From: Cyanidioschyzon merolae
Lineage: Eukaryota
Reading direction: 5' to 3' (one strand)
Length of the DNA: 64,000 nt
Assembly (NCBI GenBank): GCA_000091205.1
Contig: AP006496.2
Shown here one piece after another: positions 10,280 through 20,741 of this stretch (positions within the stretch are counted from its first letter, which is position 1; the number at the start of each line of letters is the position of its first letter). The notes beneath the pieces were generated by a model. That model was not told the DNA's origin and did no database searches. It was given only the letters and a program-made list of their open reading frames with translations. The translations under genes were made by a program, and so were the position numbers.

Positions 10280-13200
10280 ATGTTTTTTCGACCGCCGTAT
10301 CTAGGTTCGTCCCGCATCGATGAGATTCTCGATGAAGCCGAACGTGAAGGAAGGGTTGGGGATCAGGAGCGTTCGATTTTCCATAGTTCGGATCGGCAAG
10401 CGTCTCAGGATAGGACAAGTCCGAGTGCTGGTGACGGGCGTGCGGCCTCAAGCCAGCGACAAGGCGACGTGTCTGAAGAGTCTGACGCAACGGCGTCTGG
10501 TGGAACCTCAGTCGACCCTGTACGGCAATTCCAAGCGGATGAACAGCAACAATCGCGGATTAGGCGTACAGTTCGGACGATTCTCGCGGAAGACGACCTC
10601 ATTCCGGAGTGCAAGGCCATGAACTTGCGTCTTTTCGAATATTTCTCGCAACCGACTGCGCTGCGCTCGCTCGTCCAGTTCGCAATCGGTTGTGATGATG
10701 ATGAAGAACACAAGTACGCTGGCATGGCTACGGAGGTTCTATGCTCAGATGTTGAGCGCCTCAACGAGGCCTTTATCTCAAACGTGGATGTTTTGGAATT
10801 GTTCCTGGGCTTCGTGCGCCGCAAACCACCACTCGCGGCGGATCTGGTGTCGAATTTTGCAAAGATCTTTCTCTGTATGCTCCGAGCGAAATCGGAAGAG
10901 TTGCTTTCCGCAGTCGATGAGCACAAGTCATGGTTCTTCTCGCAGGGCATTTTACAACATTTACAGCACTCTGCGCTCAGCAATTTGATTATTGAGTTGC
11001 TGATCCAGAACGAGATCGTGATCTCCCGCAAAGCCGTGCACATATACGCACAAGCTGAATTGTTGAAACGCCTCGTGGATCTGTTTGTCAATGAAACAGA
11101 ATCGCCTGACGATGAAACGCTCAGCAATGTCATGAGTATCATTGTTTCGCTCAGTGGGCGAGCGGTGCCGCTTGCCGAAGCCGCGGATATCTTCCACTCG
11201 GTTGGCGGCATACCGGATGAACTCGAGGGCGGATCCATCCTCGAGACCGCTGCAAGAGCGAATCAGCAGCACCAGCTTCGAACGGCGGCGAGCGGGCAGA
11301 CCTCGATATGCCCCGATGAGCGCGACGAGTCGAGCGCCACGGCCATGAACCAGGAACGCAAAGCGCTCAAATCTCTGGACCTTTTGCGGCAACCGGAGCT
11401 TCTCGCGCGTTTGCTGAGCGCATTTCGCCAGAGCGATGCGCACCTGCTCTATGGTCTAAGTATGCTCACGGAGCTCGTGTCTATTAATAAGGAGCTTTCT
11501 CATGAGTACGAAACAGTGCAGCACCACTGGGAACAGACGAGCTTGCGCCTATCCACAGCCAATGAACGACAAGATGCGGACACAGCGCGAGCCCCGTTGT
11601 CTTTGCCATCGTCGTCGTTGTTGCGTCCATCGTCGGAAACGACTGCATTTGCCAGCAGCGCCGAAGACAGCGACACGAGCAGCACGTCCTCAAGCGAACT
11701 GGGACGGACGCCTGCGGCCGCACACTCCATACGAAGCAAGATGGGAGAATTTGAAACCGCTTTGCAGGCGCATTTGCCGTATCTGTTGTCGCGACTCGAG
11801 GATGATGCTGAATCGGGGCATTTCGGGGTGATTCGATTGAAGCTCGTCGAGTTTTTGATTCAGATGATGCTGGATGTATCGCCGCAGCTTTGCAGCAGGC
11901 TTCTTGCGATGGGAATCCCTGCAACGCTGACTCGCTTGCTACGAGCCTACCCATGGGTCTCCGTGTTCCATCATCTCTACCATCGTGCGCTTCAGGAGAC
12001 ACTCCTTACACCCTTTCAATCATTCCTTCAAGCAGTTCAACCGGCGCTCGATGAGGCAAATCTGCAGGCTATCGCGGATGGTACCCTGATCCCCGACCGT
12101 TTACGCGCATGGTTTCTCGAGGCAAATATAGTCCAGAGTTTCGTGCAGCTCCAGCAGGTTGCGCTCAATGCGGAAAGCGGCCGCATATCACCCGAAGATA
12201 TGCGAGCGCTTGTGCGCGCTGTACCCCAACTCGAGTGTACGGATCACGCGGCTCGAGCACCGCCTTCGCGCATACGAGTGGCACTTTCCGCGCATCTCGC
12301 GGAGATGATACTGGAAATCTACGAGCAGGTGTTCGTTCCGCTCAGCAAAATGACTGCCACATGCACTTCGGGACAAGAGGACGCTGCGCTGGCAACCGGT
12401 GCCCCTGGCTGGCAACCAGCAACGACCAAAGAGGCAACGGCGGGAACAGCGACTGTCGTGCCGCTGCTCCAGCGCACGAAACGCTCGAAGGTACCGCTTC
12501 TGGCGTTCCTGTCTCCGCTTCTCGGGCTAGATGAAGAGGGCGGCACGATGCTGGCGGCTTGGGCTGCCCTCGAGGCGATTGCTACCGGTCCCGTCTATGC
12601 CGAGAAATCCAAGCAGCACCGGCAGCTGGGTGGCCGTCGACCTAGCGGTCTCTCTTCGCACAGCCTGAGTGAAGATCTCGCTCAGCTGCCGACACTCACG
12701 ACCGACAACGCCACCTCTATGGGCGAGGGCGACGACGAGGACGGTGACGTCGGCATGATAGGTGGTGTCGAAGACCGCCAGGATGTGCTCGAAGATCGCC
12801 GACGCCCGAGACTACAAGGCAGACCCCCGGATGGTGCCGTCTTCCAGGAGGACGCGAGTTCGTTCGTGGAGCAGCATGATCGAATGGATCCACTGTTCGA
12901 GGATATGGACGAGGATCGCGATGAATATTTACCGGCACCACCGTTCATAGATAACGAACAGCAGCAAGCATCCTGCGGCGCCAAGGATGCGGGAACAGGG
13001 CCGAGTTCGGCACCGGAACTCAGCGTCGATGACATGATGACGGGTCTCAGCGAAGGCGAGCAGGAGTCGCTCACGCACTTCACGGATTATCTGTCACAGC
13101 GCGCACGACGAACACCGGCAAACAGCAATCAAAGTGGAGAGCGCTCTCAGCGAAAAGATGCTCGGGATAATCAAGAATACTCCGTAACGTCCGCCGGGGC

Positions 13201-13366
13201 GCTCGACCTCCCCACCGCAGCGTCTCGCAGTGGCGCTGTCGAACGCGAGTCAGCATCGCAACCAGCGCCTAGGAACGCATCCCAATTGAATGCCTTCAGG
13301 CAGAGTGAAGCACCCGATAACGACTGGGTTGCATTTGCTGATGATCAACACGAATCTGGCGACTGA
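10280..13366 (+). CDS. SAPS-domain protein (Sit4/PP6 phosphatase regulatory subunit family)
   Basis: ILAEDDLIPECKAMNLRLFEYFSQPTALRSLVQFAI...DDEEHKYAGMATEVLCSDVERLNEAF aligns with human PP6R [36 protein letters not shown]...[25 protein letters not shown]. The N-terminus MFFRPP...SSRIDEIL resembles MFWKF...SSHIDTLL. ATG start verified. The C-terminal acidic tail is low-complexity. Confidence 0.8.
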   Translation: MFFRPPYLGSSRIDEILDEAEREGRVGDQERSIFHSSDRQASQDRTSPSAGDGRAASSQRQGDVSEESDATASGGTSVDPVRQFQADEQQQSRIRRTVRTILAEDDLIPECKAMNLRLFEYFSQPTALRSLVQFAIGCDDDEEHKYAGMATEVLCSDVERLNEAFISNVDVLELFLGFVRRKPPLAADLVSNFAKIFLCMLRAKSEELLSAVDEHKSWFFSQGILQHLQHSALSNLIIELLIQNEIVISRKAVHIYAQAELLKRLVDLFVNETESPDDETLSNVMSIIVSLSGRAVPLAEAADIFHSVGGIPDELEGGSILETAARANQQHQLRTAASGQTSICPDERDESSATAMNQERKALKSLDLLRQPELLARLLSAFRQSDAHLLYGLSMLTELVSINKELSHEYETVQHHWEQTSLRLSTANERQDADTARAPLSLPSSSLLRPSSETTAFASSAEDSDTSSTSSSELGRTPAAAHSIRSKMGEFETALQAHLPYLLSRLEDDAESGHFGVIRLKLVEFLIQMMLDVSPQLCSRLLAMGIPATLTRLLRAYPWVSVFHHLYHRALQETLLTPFQSFLQAVQPALDEANLQAIADGTLIPDRLRAWFLEANIVQSFVQLQQVALNAESGRISPEDMRALVRAVPQLECTDHAARAPPSRIRVALSAHLAEMILEIYEQVFVPLSKMTATCTSGQEDAALATGAPGWQPATTKEATAGTATVVPLLQRTKRSKVPLLAFLSPLLGLDEEGGTMLAAWAALEAIATGPVYAEKSKQHRQLGGRRPSGLSSHSLSEDLAQLPTLTTDNATSMGEGDDEDGDVGMIGGVEDRQDVLEDRRRPRLQGRPPDGAVFQEDASSFVEQHDRMDPLFEDMDEDRDEYLPAPPFIDNEQQQASCGAKDAGTGPSSAPELSVDDMMTGLSEGEQESLTHFTDYLSQRARRTPANSNQSGERSQRKDARDNQEYSVTSAGALDLPTAASRSGAVERESASQPAPRNASQLNAFRQSEAPDNDWVAFADDQHESGD

Positions 13367-14065
13367 TGAGTTTGGTCATAGTCCGTGCCGCGTTGCACCA
13401 GCCGGTGTTTCTCGTTGCACTGTGAACGCAATGGCTTGCTGCGCTTGAGCTTGAGCTTTCGCTGACGACGTTGCGGACGCTGCTCCACATCTAGAATCGC
13501 TTCTAGCGCCATGGAAAATACGATACGTTGTTCCTCTGGGGTAAACGTACTCCTTCTGACTGCAGCGCCGGTAGCAACATAGCCTCTGCCCAGAGGCAAG
13601 CCTGCTGCACCCGAGCTCCCGGTCAACAGCCACTGCAAAAGCGGTTCCAGCAGCAGCGGCGGCGGCAGCAGCCGTCATCGTTGTTGCCATGATTCGAGTA
13701 GCCGTCGATGGGACTCACGGAGCGCGGAAACGTTTGTGTGAAGGCGGCGGTGGAGTCCCGGGCGCCCCGCAGCATCTGCGTCTCTTCGAGTGCCTCGATC
13801 GATGCGTCTACCCGGTTCCATAGAAGCGAACGAAAGCGTCCTAGCGCCGTTGGCAAAGGCTGCCACCATCCACTTGTGCTTTACGTTATCTGTGCTCTTA
13901 GTATCGAACCAGTATGCGTGGTTGCCTCCGAACACCGGCAACCAGCGTCCGAACGCAACTGCTCGGTGCTAGGTTGCAACAAACGGGGGCCACCAAAGCA
14001 CCCGTACCAATCGGTACGGCAGCGGACCCCAACGGATACCGCCCTGCGTTTTGCTGGTGCCGCTC

Positions 14066-15340
14066 ATGTTCCTTCACGTGACGCGCTGCAGTTCTTTTCA
14101 AGAACGAGACTATGTCCGATCAACAAGGAATCAGTGCCAGACACCAGGATTTCTTTCGAGTCGCCGTCGCTTTCGGTCGGCGAAAAGGTTTGACCTGCAG
14201 TCCGCGACGACTGGGTTTGCGGAAGGCACCAGGCAGGCGGTAGCCATCCTCGGTGCGGCCGGGTATACGGGTTCGGAGCTCGTGCGCTTGCTTCTCAGGC
14301 ATCCGCACGTTGAGATCAAGGCTCTGAGCGGCACGGAACGTACCAGAGGGCGTCCCTACGGTCAGGTTTATCCGCAATACGCGTTCGAGAGCATCATTTC
14401 TGCGAACGGGAAGCAGGGACCTTCCCCAGTGCGCTCGTTGCCGCCGCTGTGTTTAACGGAGGAGGTTGATTTCAGTCAAGTGGACACTGTTTTCTGTTGT
14501 TTGCCGCATGCGACAACGCAGTCCATCGTCACAAGCATTCTCCAGAGCGCTGTCGGGCGTACCCCACGCGTCATTGACCTCTCGGCAGACTTTCGCTTAG
14601 CGGACGTGCACACATACGCCCACTGGTACGGAACGCCGCATCGGGCACCAGATCTTCAAGCTGAAGCAGTTTATGGTCTCACTGAGTTTGCCCGAGCTGA
14701 TATCAGGAGCGCGCGCTTGGTGGCCAACCCTGGCTGCTACCCAACGGGTGCCCAGCTGGCGCTGGTCCCGCTCATTCGCGCCCAGCTTATCGCGCTTGAC
14801 GACGTGATAATCGACGCCAAGTCTGGAGTGACTGGAGCAGGTCGCTCGGCAAAGGAAGCCAATTTATTCTGTGAAGTGACGGAGGGTATGCACGCGTATG
14901 CAGTGGCGAACCATCGTCACGCTCCCGAGATCGAACAGGGCCTCAGTCGGGCAGCGGGACTCGGGAACAGCGGTGTGGTGGTCAACTTCACCCCACATCT
15001 GGTGCCTATGGCACGCGGCATTCTTGAAACGATCTACGTGAGATGTCAGGCCGGAGTGACACCGGGCGACTTGCGCGCATGTCTCGAACAGGCGTACGGC
15101 GAGGAGAAGTTCGTGCATGTGCTTGCAGATCCACAGCAGGTTCCTCAGACGCGCTATGTGCGCGGAAGCAACCACGTCGTGATGAATGTCTTTCCGGATC
15201 GGTTACAAGGGCGAGCGATTCTAGTCGTTGCCTTTGATAACATCGTGAAGGGTGCCAGCGGTCAAGCAGTGCAGAATATGAACGTGATGATGGGTATACC
15301 GGAACACACGGCTTTGGAGCAGGGCCCGCTCTTTCCCTAA
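14066..15340 (+). CDS. argC: N-acetyl-gamma-glutamyl-phosphate reductase (stand-alone ArgC) with an N-terminal targeting-like presequence
   Basis: Motifs AVAILGAAGYTGSELVRLL (NAD-binding), ANPGCYPT (catalytic Cys), DAKSGVTGAGR and NIVKGASGQAVQNMN are present. The ORF-track start at 14051 is TTG; the first ATG is at 14066. About 60 aa of R/S-rich presequence precede the Rossmann motif. Confidence 0.9.
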   Translation: MFLHVTRCSSFQERDYVRSTRNQCQTPGFLSSRRRFRSAKRFDLQSATTGFAEGTRQAVAILGAAGYTGSELVRLLLRHPHVEIKALSGTERTRGRPYGQVYPQYAFESIISANGKQGPSPVRSLPPLCLTEEVDFSQVDTVFCCLPHATTQSIVTSILQSAVGRTPRVIDLSADFRLADVHTYAHWYGTPHRAPDLQAEAVYGLTEFARADIRSARLVANPGCYPTGAQLALVPLIRAQLIALDDVIIDAKSGVTGAGRSAKEANLFCEVTEGMHAYAVANHRHAPEIEQGLSRAAGLGNSGVVVNFTPHLVPMARGILETIYVRCQAGVTPGDLRACLEQAYGEEKFVHVLADPQQVPQTRYVRGSNHVVMNVFPDRLQGRAILVVAFDNIVKGASGQAVQNMNVMMGIPEHTALEQGPLFP

Positions 15341-17489
15341 CGCTGTTCGATCGACCACGGGATGATTCCTCCTTGGATTTGGGTAAGGGTTTTAGGAATC
15401 ATGGAGCGCGTGCAGGGCGCCTGTCGCAATCGCAGCTAGCTGGTATGCATTCCGTGCTTTCTGGCGAGCTTGCGCTTGCACCTGCACGGTGCAGTCCATT
15501 AGGAGATGCCACTGCTGCCGAGCGGCCGCCTTTCCGTGCGAAAGCAATGAAATAGACGTGATTGTGGACCGCATGGAGAGGGTGAATGTTCTTTCCCTTG
15601 ACGTTGTCTCCCGGGAAGCAGCATGTCTGTGTGGATGTCCGGATCGCGTCACCGCAGCTGCCACTGCAGCCGTTCGTTTTTAAAACCGAATGCTGGACTG
15701 TCTGTTCTTTTTCTGCCTTTCGATTCTATTCCGAACTTGGTTTCGATCTGCAGCCTCGTCATTCCAAGTGCAGCAGTATGGGCTTGTGGATCCATACGTG
15801 GTTTTAGGATTCTCGGTCGTTGTTTTGGAGTGGCTCCTTGGCGGCTTTGGCACCGGAGTTGGTTCCGTCACCGTTTTCAAGATGATTCGTGACACCCTTC
15901 GACAAGGCTTCGTTGAATACATGATACCATCATCCAATTCATACGCACAAGCCTCCGCGCGTCTCTTGTATTCAATTCTAGCGTGCTCACATCACGAATG
16001 CGTCGTATGTTCAAGGTTTCTGGTCCACCACTGCGATTTCTGAGGTCAGCCATTTGTGCCGCTGCATGGGGAACGATAAGAACTCGATATCGTGCCTTGG
16101 CGAGTCGTTCCTAAGCAAATACCAGAAGCTCACGGATGTTCTCGTACCAGATGATAATCGATTCGGGTGAAAAGACAAATCTCCACCGCTTGAGGCCATC
16201 GACGCTGCGGCATTGAACAGCCGAAGTATACTAGCGCTCTCGGAATACGCTCCCATATGCTTCTGGCATTCCTGTTTGCATCGGAAAGGGTCTTGGACTT
16301 GGATTTCAGTTCGCCCAGCAATCGCTGCTAGGGCAATTCACGTCACCGCTTTGTACGAAGAGAGCGTTGACGGATCGGAATTTCTCGACTAGTTCTTCCT
16401 CTTTGATGCTCCACTCGGTACTTGTTTCATCATGGACAACATCGCGTTCCATGAATCCTTTACTGGATGAAACAGTGCGCGTTTGCGCGTGTCGCGAACA
16501 AAGTACTCACCAGCGGGCTTGCTCTGCTGAGGCCCGTGATCGTGAGATACGCCACGGGGCACGGTAACGAAGGAGGGTACCGCGTTGAGCCCTCTGCGCC
16601 CGCCAGGAGCATGTACTGGACAATGAAGCGAGCGTTTACGCGCCACTAGCCGGCCTCGGATGTAGAGGAGGAGAAGGAGGAGGAATTTTGGTGCCTGCAT
16701 GGGAACAAACGCACCACAGCAATGCGTAACCGCTGCATAATTCGCACCGAGGCTCTATCCGAGGAAGATGAGATTGGCAAGCGAAGCGTGGATCGCAACA
16801 TCTGCCTTTCCATGAAATGTGTCGACAGCAGCCTGAAGTAGCGAAATCAGGATCTTAAAGTTGCCATCAACATGCTTCTGCAGCTGGCAACAGTGCTGGA
16901 CCAAAAGGTTTGACCAGCATACCTGACGCCAGAAATAAGAGAGAGGCGGTGGAAGCAGCCTCAGAAAATCCCGCCACGATTCGTGTTGAAGATAGTGGCA
17001 AGCGTGACCAACCTATATGGTCTACTTCAGGAGTAGAAGACCCGTTCCGTTTTCTTCTGGAATGGGTGTCTAAAGATTCTGAGTGTATTCTGCGAGAGCA
17101 TGGTCTGCTATGAGCGCGATGCTGCAGCGCGACATGCGCATTCTTCCAAAATCAGTGTCGGGCAGATCACGGGCGCATCACTGGTATTGCTATCAGGGGC
17201 TGGAGCATGTGGCCACTAGCGGGCACTCTTTTCGCTCACGCTTCAATCATTTGGCCCGGACTCTCTCACATGGTACCTCCCTGCTGGCAGCACGACACCG
17301 GGATGGCGTATGAGATGAAATGCAATGTGTTGCTGGCGAAGCGCACGACCTGCAGAGCCTCGCAGCTGCGCTTGAGCCTTATATCATCTAGAACGCAGTC
17401 TTTTGCGCGCAGATTTTCCCCTGAAAGGCAAAGTACTGCCAGATTGACGCTGCATTCATGTGGCGCCCTCGTCAGCTCAGCCTTGCGAG

Positions 17490-20400
17490 TCACGAACCGA
17501 GTTGCAGCGGGCCATGCACTGGACTCGGAATTAATGGAGGTGGTGGAGGTGGTGGAGGTGGTGGAGGCGGAACGATCGCCCCTGGGGCCTTGGTCGCCAA
17601 GTCGGTGGTACCCGCATGAAACGTCGCTATCTGAGGTGCCATACCATCACCCGTTTTCCACCACAGGAGATGCGCGTTTTCTTTCTCGGCCTCGTCCAAG
17701 TCAGCGCCAACGCGCTGTCGCCAGGTACAAGCAGTATTTTCATTCAGAGCGCGAGTCTCAGCGAGTGATTGATCCCACAACTCTACGAACTGCCATAGAT
17801 AACGAAACAGATCATCACGAAGACTCGCTCGTCGAGTCGCGACTTCCGGGCCGCCCACAAAACCCTGCTCCGTCATAGGTAAAAGCAGGAGCGTATCTTC
17901 AACTGCTTCGTTCATTTCCCGCAGGCGCTGCGCAAGCTGTTGTAACTTCGCTCGCGCCGGTTCCAGCCAGCGACGAAAGCACCTTGAGAGCGCCCGCCCC
18001 GTCGGCTCATTTGCGGAGAGCTCGCACTCGGAGGTGAGCTCCTGTAGATCATGCTCTAGCTCGCTGAAACCGGTGGATATGTGATCGAGTTCAATTCGAG
18101 ACGCAGTTTGGACACTGGCGAGCTCAGTTCCTAGCTCCAAATCTGCAGCCTGATGCTCACTGCTTTTCCGGAGCACTGCGCCCGCATAGGATATCACTGA
18201 ACGAGAGCGAGCGAGCTGCGGAACCGAGTCGATGGTAAAGCCAGCGGCATTCGCCCGCGCAGAACCGGCATTGAGAACATTTCCAATCACGAGAAGCACT
18301 TCCAAAACAAGACGCAAGCGCCTGGACTGGCGAATCTCCAGACACGCTCGGGTCACGCTGGTCACCGCAGCGTCCAGTTCCTGGAAGGCTTCCGTGAAGC
18401 GCCGCATGGTGCTCCATGCCGCGGCCTTTGCAGCGATACGCGGTACCCGCTGCAGCATCGTGAGCATAAACCGTTCGGGATACAGCAGCCGTTCCAGAGC
18501 AATGTCCTTTCGGGTCTGGAAGGCCTCCAGCAGGCGCGCCTGCTCTGGTGCTGATGGAAGCATCGGTGCTAGAATTTCGAAAAAGTCTGGATCGAGGGCG
18601 TCGAGATCACCGTGTACAAACGCATCGGCTACAGCCTCGCTAGAAACGTTTCGGAATCTGCCCAGCAAAATATCGAGGTTGCGGACGTGCTTCGCGTCCA
18701 GCACTGCGAAGCTCTCCGGTGCGTCAGCTGGTGCCGTTGACCGGCCAGCAGCAGCGCCGAAACCGGATGCCACCTCTTGGCTGAAGAGCTTCGCCATTTC
18801 GTCCATATCCGGGATCCAGCGCAGTGGACGCAGATCTGACCAGATGGAGCCCGGTACTTGGTGCAATGGAACACAATTCCAGTGCAAGCGTCTCCAGACA
18901 CGCGTTCGGGGCCCATTGCCGCCATTGGCACCTGCTGGTGTCGCCAGGTCGAGAGCCGGTGACGGCAGCGGTGGCAGCGGCGCACGGGAGACCGACGGAA
19001 AACGGGGTCCCGGCCGACGTACCGGGGATCTGGCGTCTGATCTCGTTGCAGCAGCAACTGCAGCAGGCTGCTGTGCCTTACCCGAGGAGATGGACAGCCC
19101 GACGGGTCTCTGCTCGAACCTCGAGATCCTTTCCGAGATGGTGTCTGGGGGCGGATTTCCCGTATCCCTGATCACGTCTACATTCGTTGCAAAGTGCAGC
19201 ACCGTGAGACTCTGGTCCGGAGCCTCCAGCTGGGGCGCAATGGCCGATGTCTCCACCAGGGACTGCTCCACAGCGACGTTCGTGCAGGCGGCTCGTGAAA
19301 TGGATACTTGTCCACCATGGTCCACAACAGAGAGATCACCATTCGGTGCGAGTATGACAACGGCCTCTGACGAATGATCGGCAGCGAATGCGTCAGCGGC
19401 CTGGTGATCGCGCGCTGTTGCTACCGCAAGCGGATCCAGCATCGAAGTCTGGACCTGGACGGAACGCGTGCGCTTCGGCTGCACCGTCCGATGGCGTCCA
19501 TGGCCGATGCCGAAGCAACCGATTGGCAAACAGGCCGCGGATAAGTACGTGGACGTTAGTTCAGGAGCGAGCCTTGTACAGCCCATAAGAGCGAGTGCCC
19601 TGAACGCTCGAAATACCAGCAACACGCTATCCCGCTGGTATGCGTTCGGGGTGCGCACGCACAGGTGCACGCCCGCCGGCGCACGCATCGGAGCGGAGGC
19701 GGCACGCATCGGCCGTTCGTGAATCTCCAGCTGCAACGTGTCCTCGGCACGCATCGGCCGTTCGTGAATCTCCAGCTGCAACGTGTCCTCGGCACGCATG
19801 TCTATATGAAGGGATTCGCTCCACGGGCGGCATTTGGGGTAGAGGCCGATGATGCCGCGCTGCGATAGCGTCAGCGTGGTGCGCATCCGCCGGTTGGGTT
19901 TCCCCGGCGGTCTCTGGATCCAGGAGCGAGGCAGGCGCCAGGTGCCACGCTGGAGCACCGCTTCGACATCGACGCGCAGTTCCTCGTGAATGGTAATGAC
20001 GGATGCCGTACGAACCGTAGCACCAGTGTCCAAAACGGCTGCAATGATACAGCCGACGTCGTCTGCAGTGACTGGGTAGCGTGCTTGCGGAGGTCCGTAC
20101 TCGAGGTCGGCGCGTTCCACGATGGTTTCGGTGTCGCTGTACGGAAGGGTCCGTCGCCACTGCTGCACGACACCGTCCCAGTACAGGTACGCGGCTGTTT
20201 CGGTGCGTCCACGGAGGACGTTCGGTGGCGAGACAGGGTCGGTGGCCGCGAACGCTCCAGCTCGCTGCGAAGCGACGGACGCAGCGCTCGAGCCGACCGC
20301 TGCCTTCATCGATGAAGCCAGACTGCTTGAATCCATCTGCAACAGGACCAACTCTTCTCTCAGCGCTGCAACTCGTTGCATTCGATGGAGAAGTCGCAGC

Positions 20401-20741
20401 CAGGCTTCGGCTTCGAGCGCTTCAGCAAAGTCTATTCGATAGGCCACCGGGAAATCTCGCTCCGCCGCAACGCCGCTGACGAGAAGCAAACGTAAAGACG
20501 TCGAAGAAATCCGCTTTATATGCAGCTTCGAGACACGTAAACACAGGTTGTCATGATGAAAGTGCACGCGATCCAAGGTCGAGTTCACGCACGCGTTCGT
20601 GGCGACTGTCGTGCCGGAAACACCGTCCCCGCGCTCCACAGTGAGTAGAACCGAGGTTTCAGGTTGGAACGCAGCCCGAGCAACTGCCTCAGCAATACAG
20701 AGCCTCCGCTGCGTAACCAGAGCCAAAGCATTCGTTTCCAT
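17490..20741 (-). CDS. Formin (FH2-domain actin nucleator)
   Basis: FH2 lasso and core motifs appear in the canonical order: VWRRLHWNCVPLHQV...IWSDL, then HVRNLDILLGRF...DPDFFEILAPMLPSAPEQARLLEAF, then LLVIGNVLNAGSARANAAGFTIDSVPQL. A short PLPPLPSP stretch precedes FH2 and a P13 tract lies at the extreme C-terminus. The ORF-track start at 20798 is GTG; the first ATG is at 20741 (cat at 20739-20741). Confidence 0.85.
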   Translation of the reverse strand: METNALALVTQRRLCIAEAVARAAFQPETSVLLTVERGDGVSGTTVATNACVNSTLDRVHFHHDNLCLRVSKLHIKRISSTSLRLLLVSGVAAERDFPVAYRIDFAEALEAEAWLRLLHRMQRVAALREELVLLQMDSSSLASSMKAAVGSSAASVASQRAGAFAATDPVSPPNVLRGRTETAAYLYWDGVVQQWRRTLPYSDTETIVERADLEYGPPQARYPVTADDVGCIIAAVLDTGATVRTASVITIHEELRVDVEAVLQRGTWRLPRSWIQRPPGKPNRRMRTTLTLSQRGIIGLYPKCRPWSESLHIDMRAEDTLQLEIHERPMRAEDTLQLEIHERPMRAASAPMRAPAGVHLCVRTPNAYQRDSVLLVFRAFRALALMGCTRLAPELTSTYLSAACLPIGCFGIGHGRHRTVQPKRTRSVQVQTSMLDPLAVATARDHQAADAFAADHSSEAVVILAPNGDLSVVDHGGQVSISRAACTNVAVEQSLVETSAIAPQLEAPDQSLTVLHFATNVDVIRDTGNPPPDTISERISRFEQRPVGLSISSGKAQQPAAVAAATRSDARSPVRRPGPRFPSVSRAPLPPLPSPALDLATPAGANGGNGPRTRVWRRLHWNCVPLHQVPGSIWSDLRPLRWIPDMDEMAKLFSQEVASGFGAAAGRSTAPADAPESFAVLDAKHVRNLDILLGRFRNVSSEAVADAFVHGDLDALDPDFFEILAPMLPSAPEQARLLEAFQTRKDIALERLLYPERFMLTMLQRVPRIAAKAAAWSTMRRFTEAFQELDAAVTSVTRACLEIRQSRRLRLVLEVLLVIGNVLNAGSARANAAGFTIDSVPQLARSRSVISYAGAVLRKSSEHQAADLELGTELASVQTASRIELDHISTGFSELEHDLQELTSECELSANEPTGRALSRCFRRWLEPARAKLQQLAQRLREMNEAVEDTLLLLPMTEQGFVGGPEVATRRASLRDDLFRYLWQFVELWDQSLAETRALNENTACTWRQRVGADLDEAEKENAHLLWWKTGDGMAPQIATFHAGTTDLATKAPGAIVPPPPPPPPPPPPLIPSPVHGPLQLGS
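17536..17570. repeat. (GGAGGTGGT)n microsatellite encoding the C-terminal poly-proline (P13) of the formin on the minus strand
   Basis: ggaggtggtggaggtggtggaggtggtggaggcgg is read directly. Confidence 0.9.
19701..19790. repeat. Perfect 45-bp tandem duplication (2 units) in-frame inside the formin CDS
   Basis: Unit gcacgcatcggccgttcgtgaatctccagctgcaacgtgtcctcg occurs at 19701..19745 and 19746..19790. It encodes MRAEDTLQLEIHERP twice. A partial third unit follows. Confidence 0.9.

Noticed and set aside
14051-14065. ORF-track N-termini used as true starts for ArgC, the formin, RhoGAP, the metaxin-like gene, the DUF1517-like gene and others
   Set aside because: Checking the first codon shows TTG or GTG at 14051, 20798, 57139, 38462, 36558, 52707, 5976 and 53197, so the track uses bacterial-style alternative starts. 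For a eukaryotic gene the first in-frame ATG was used instead.
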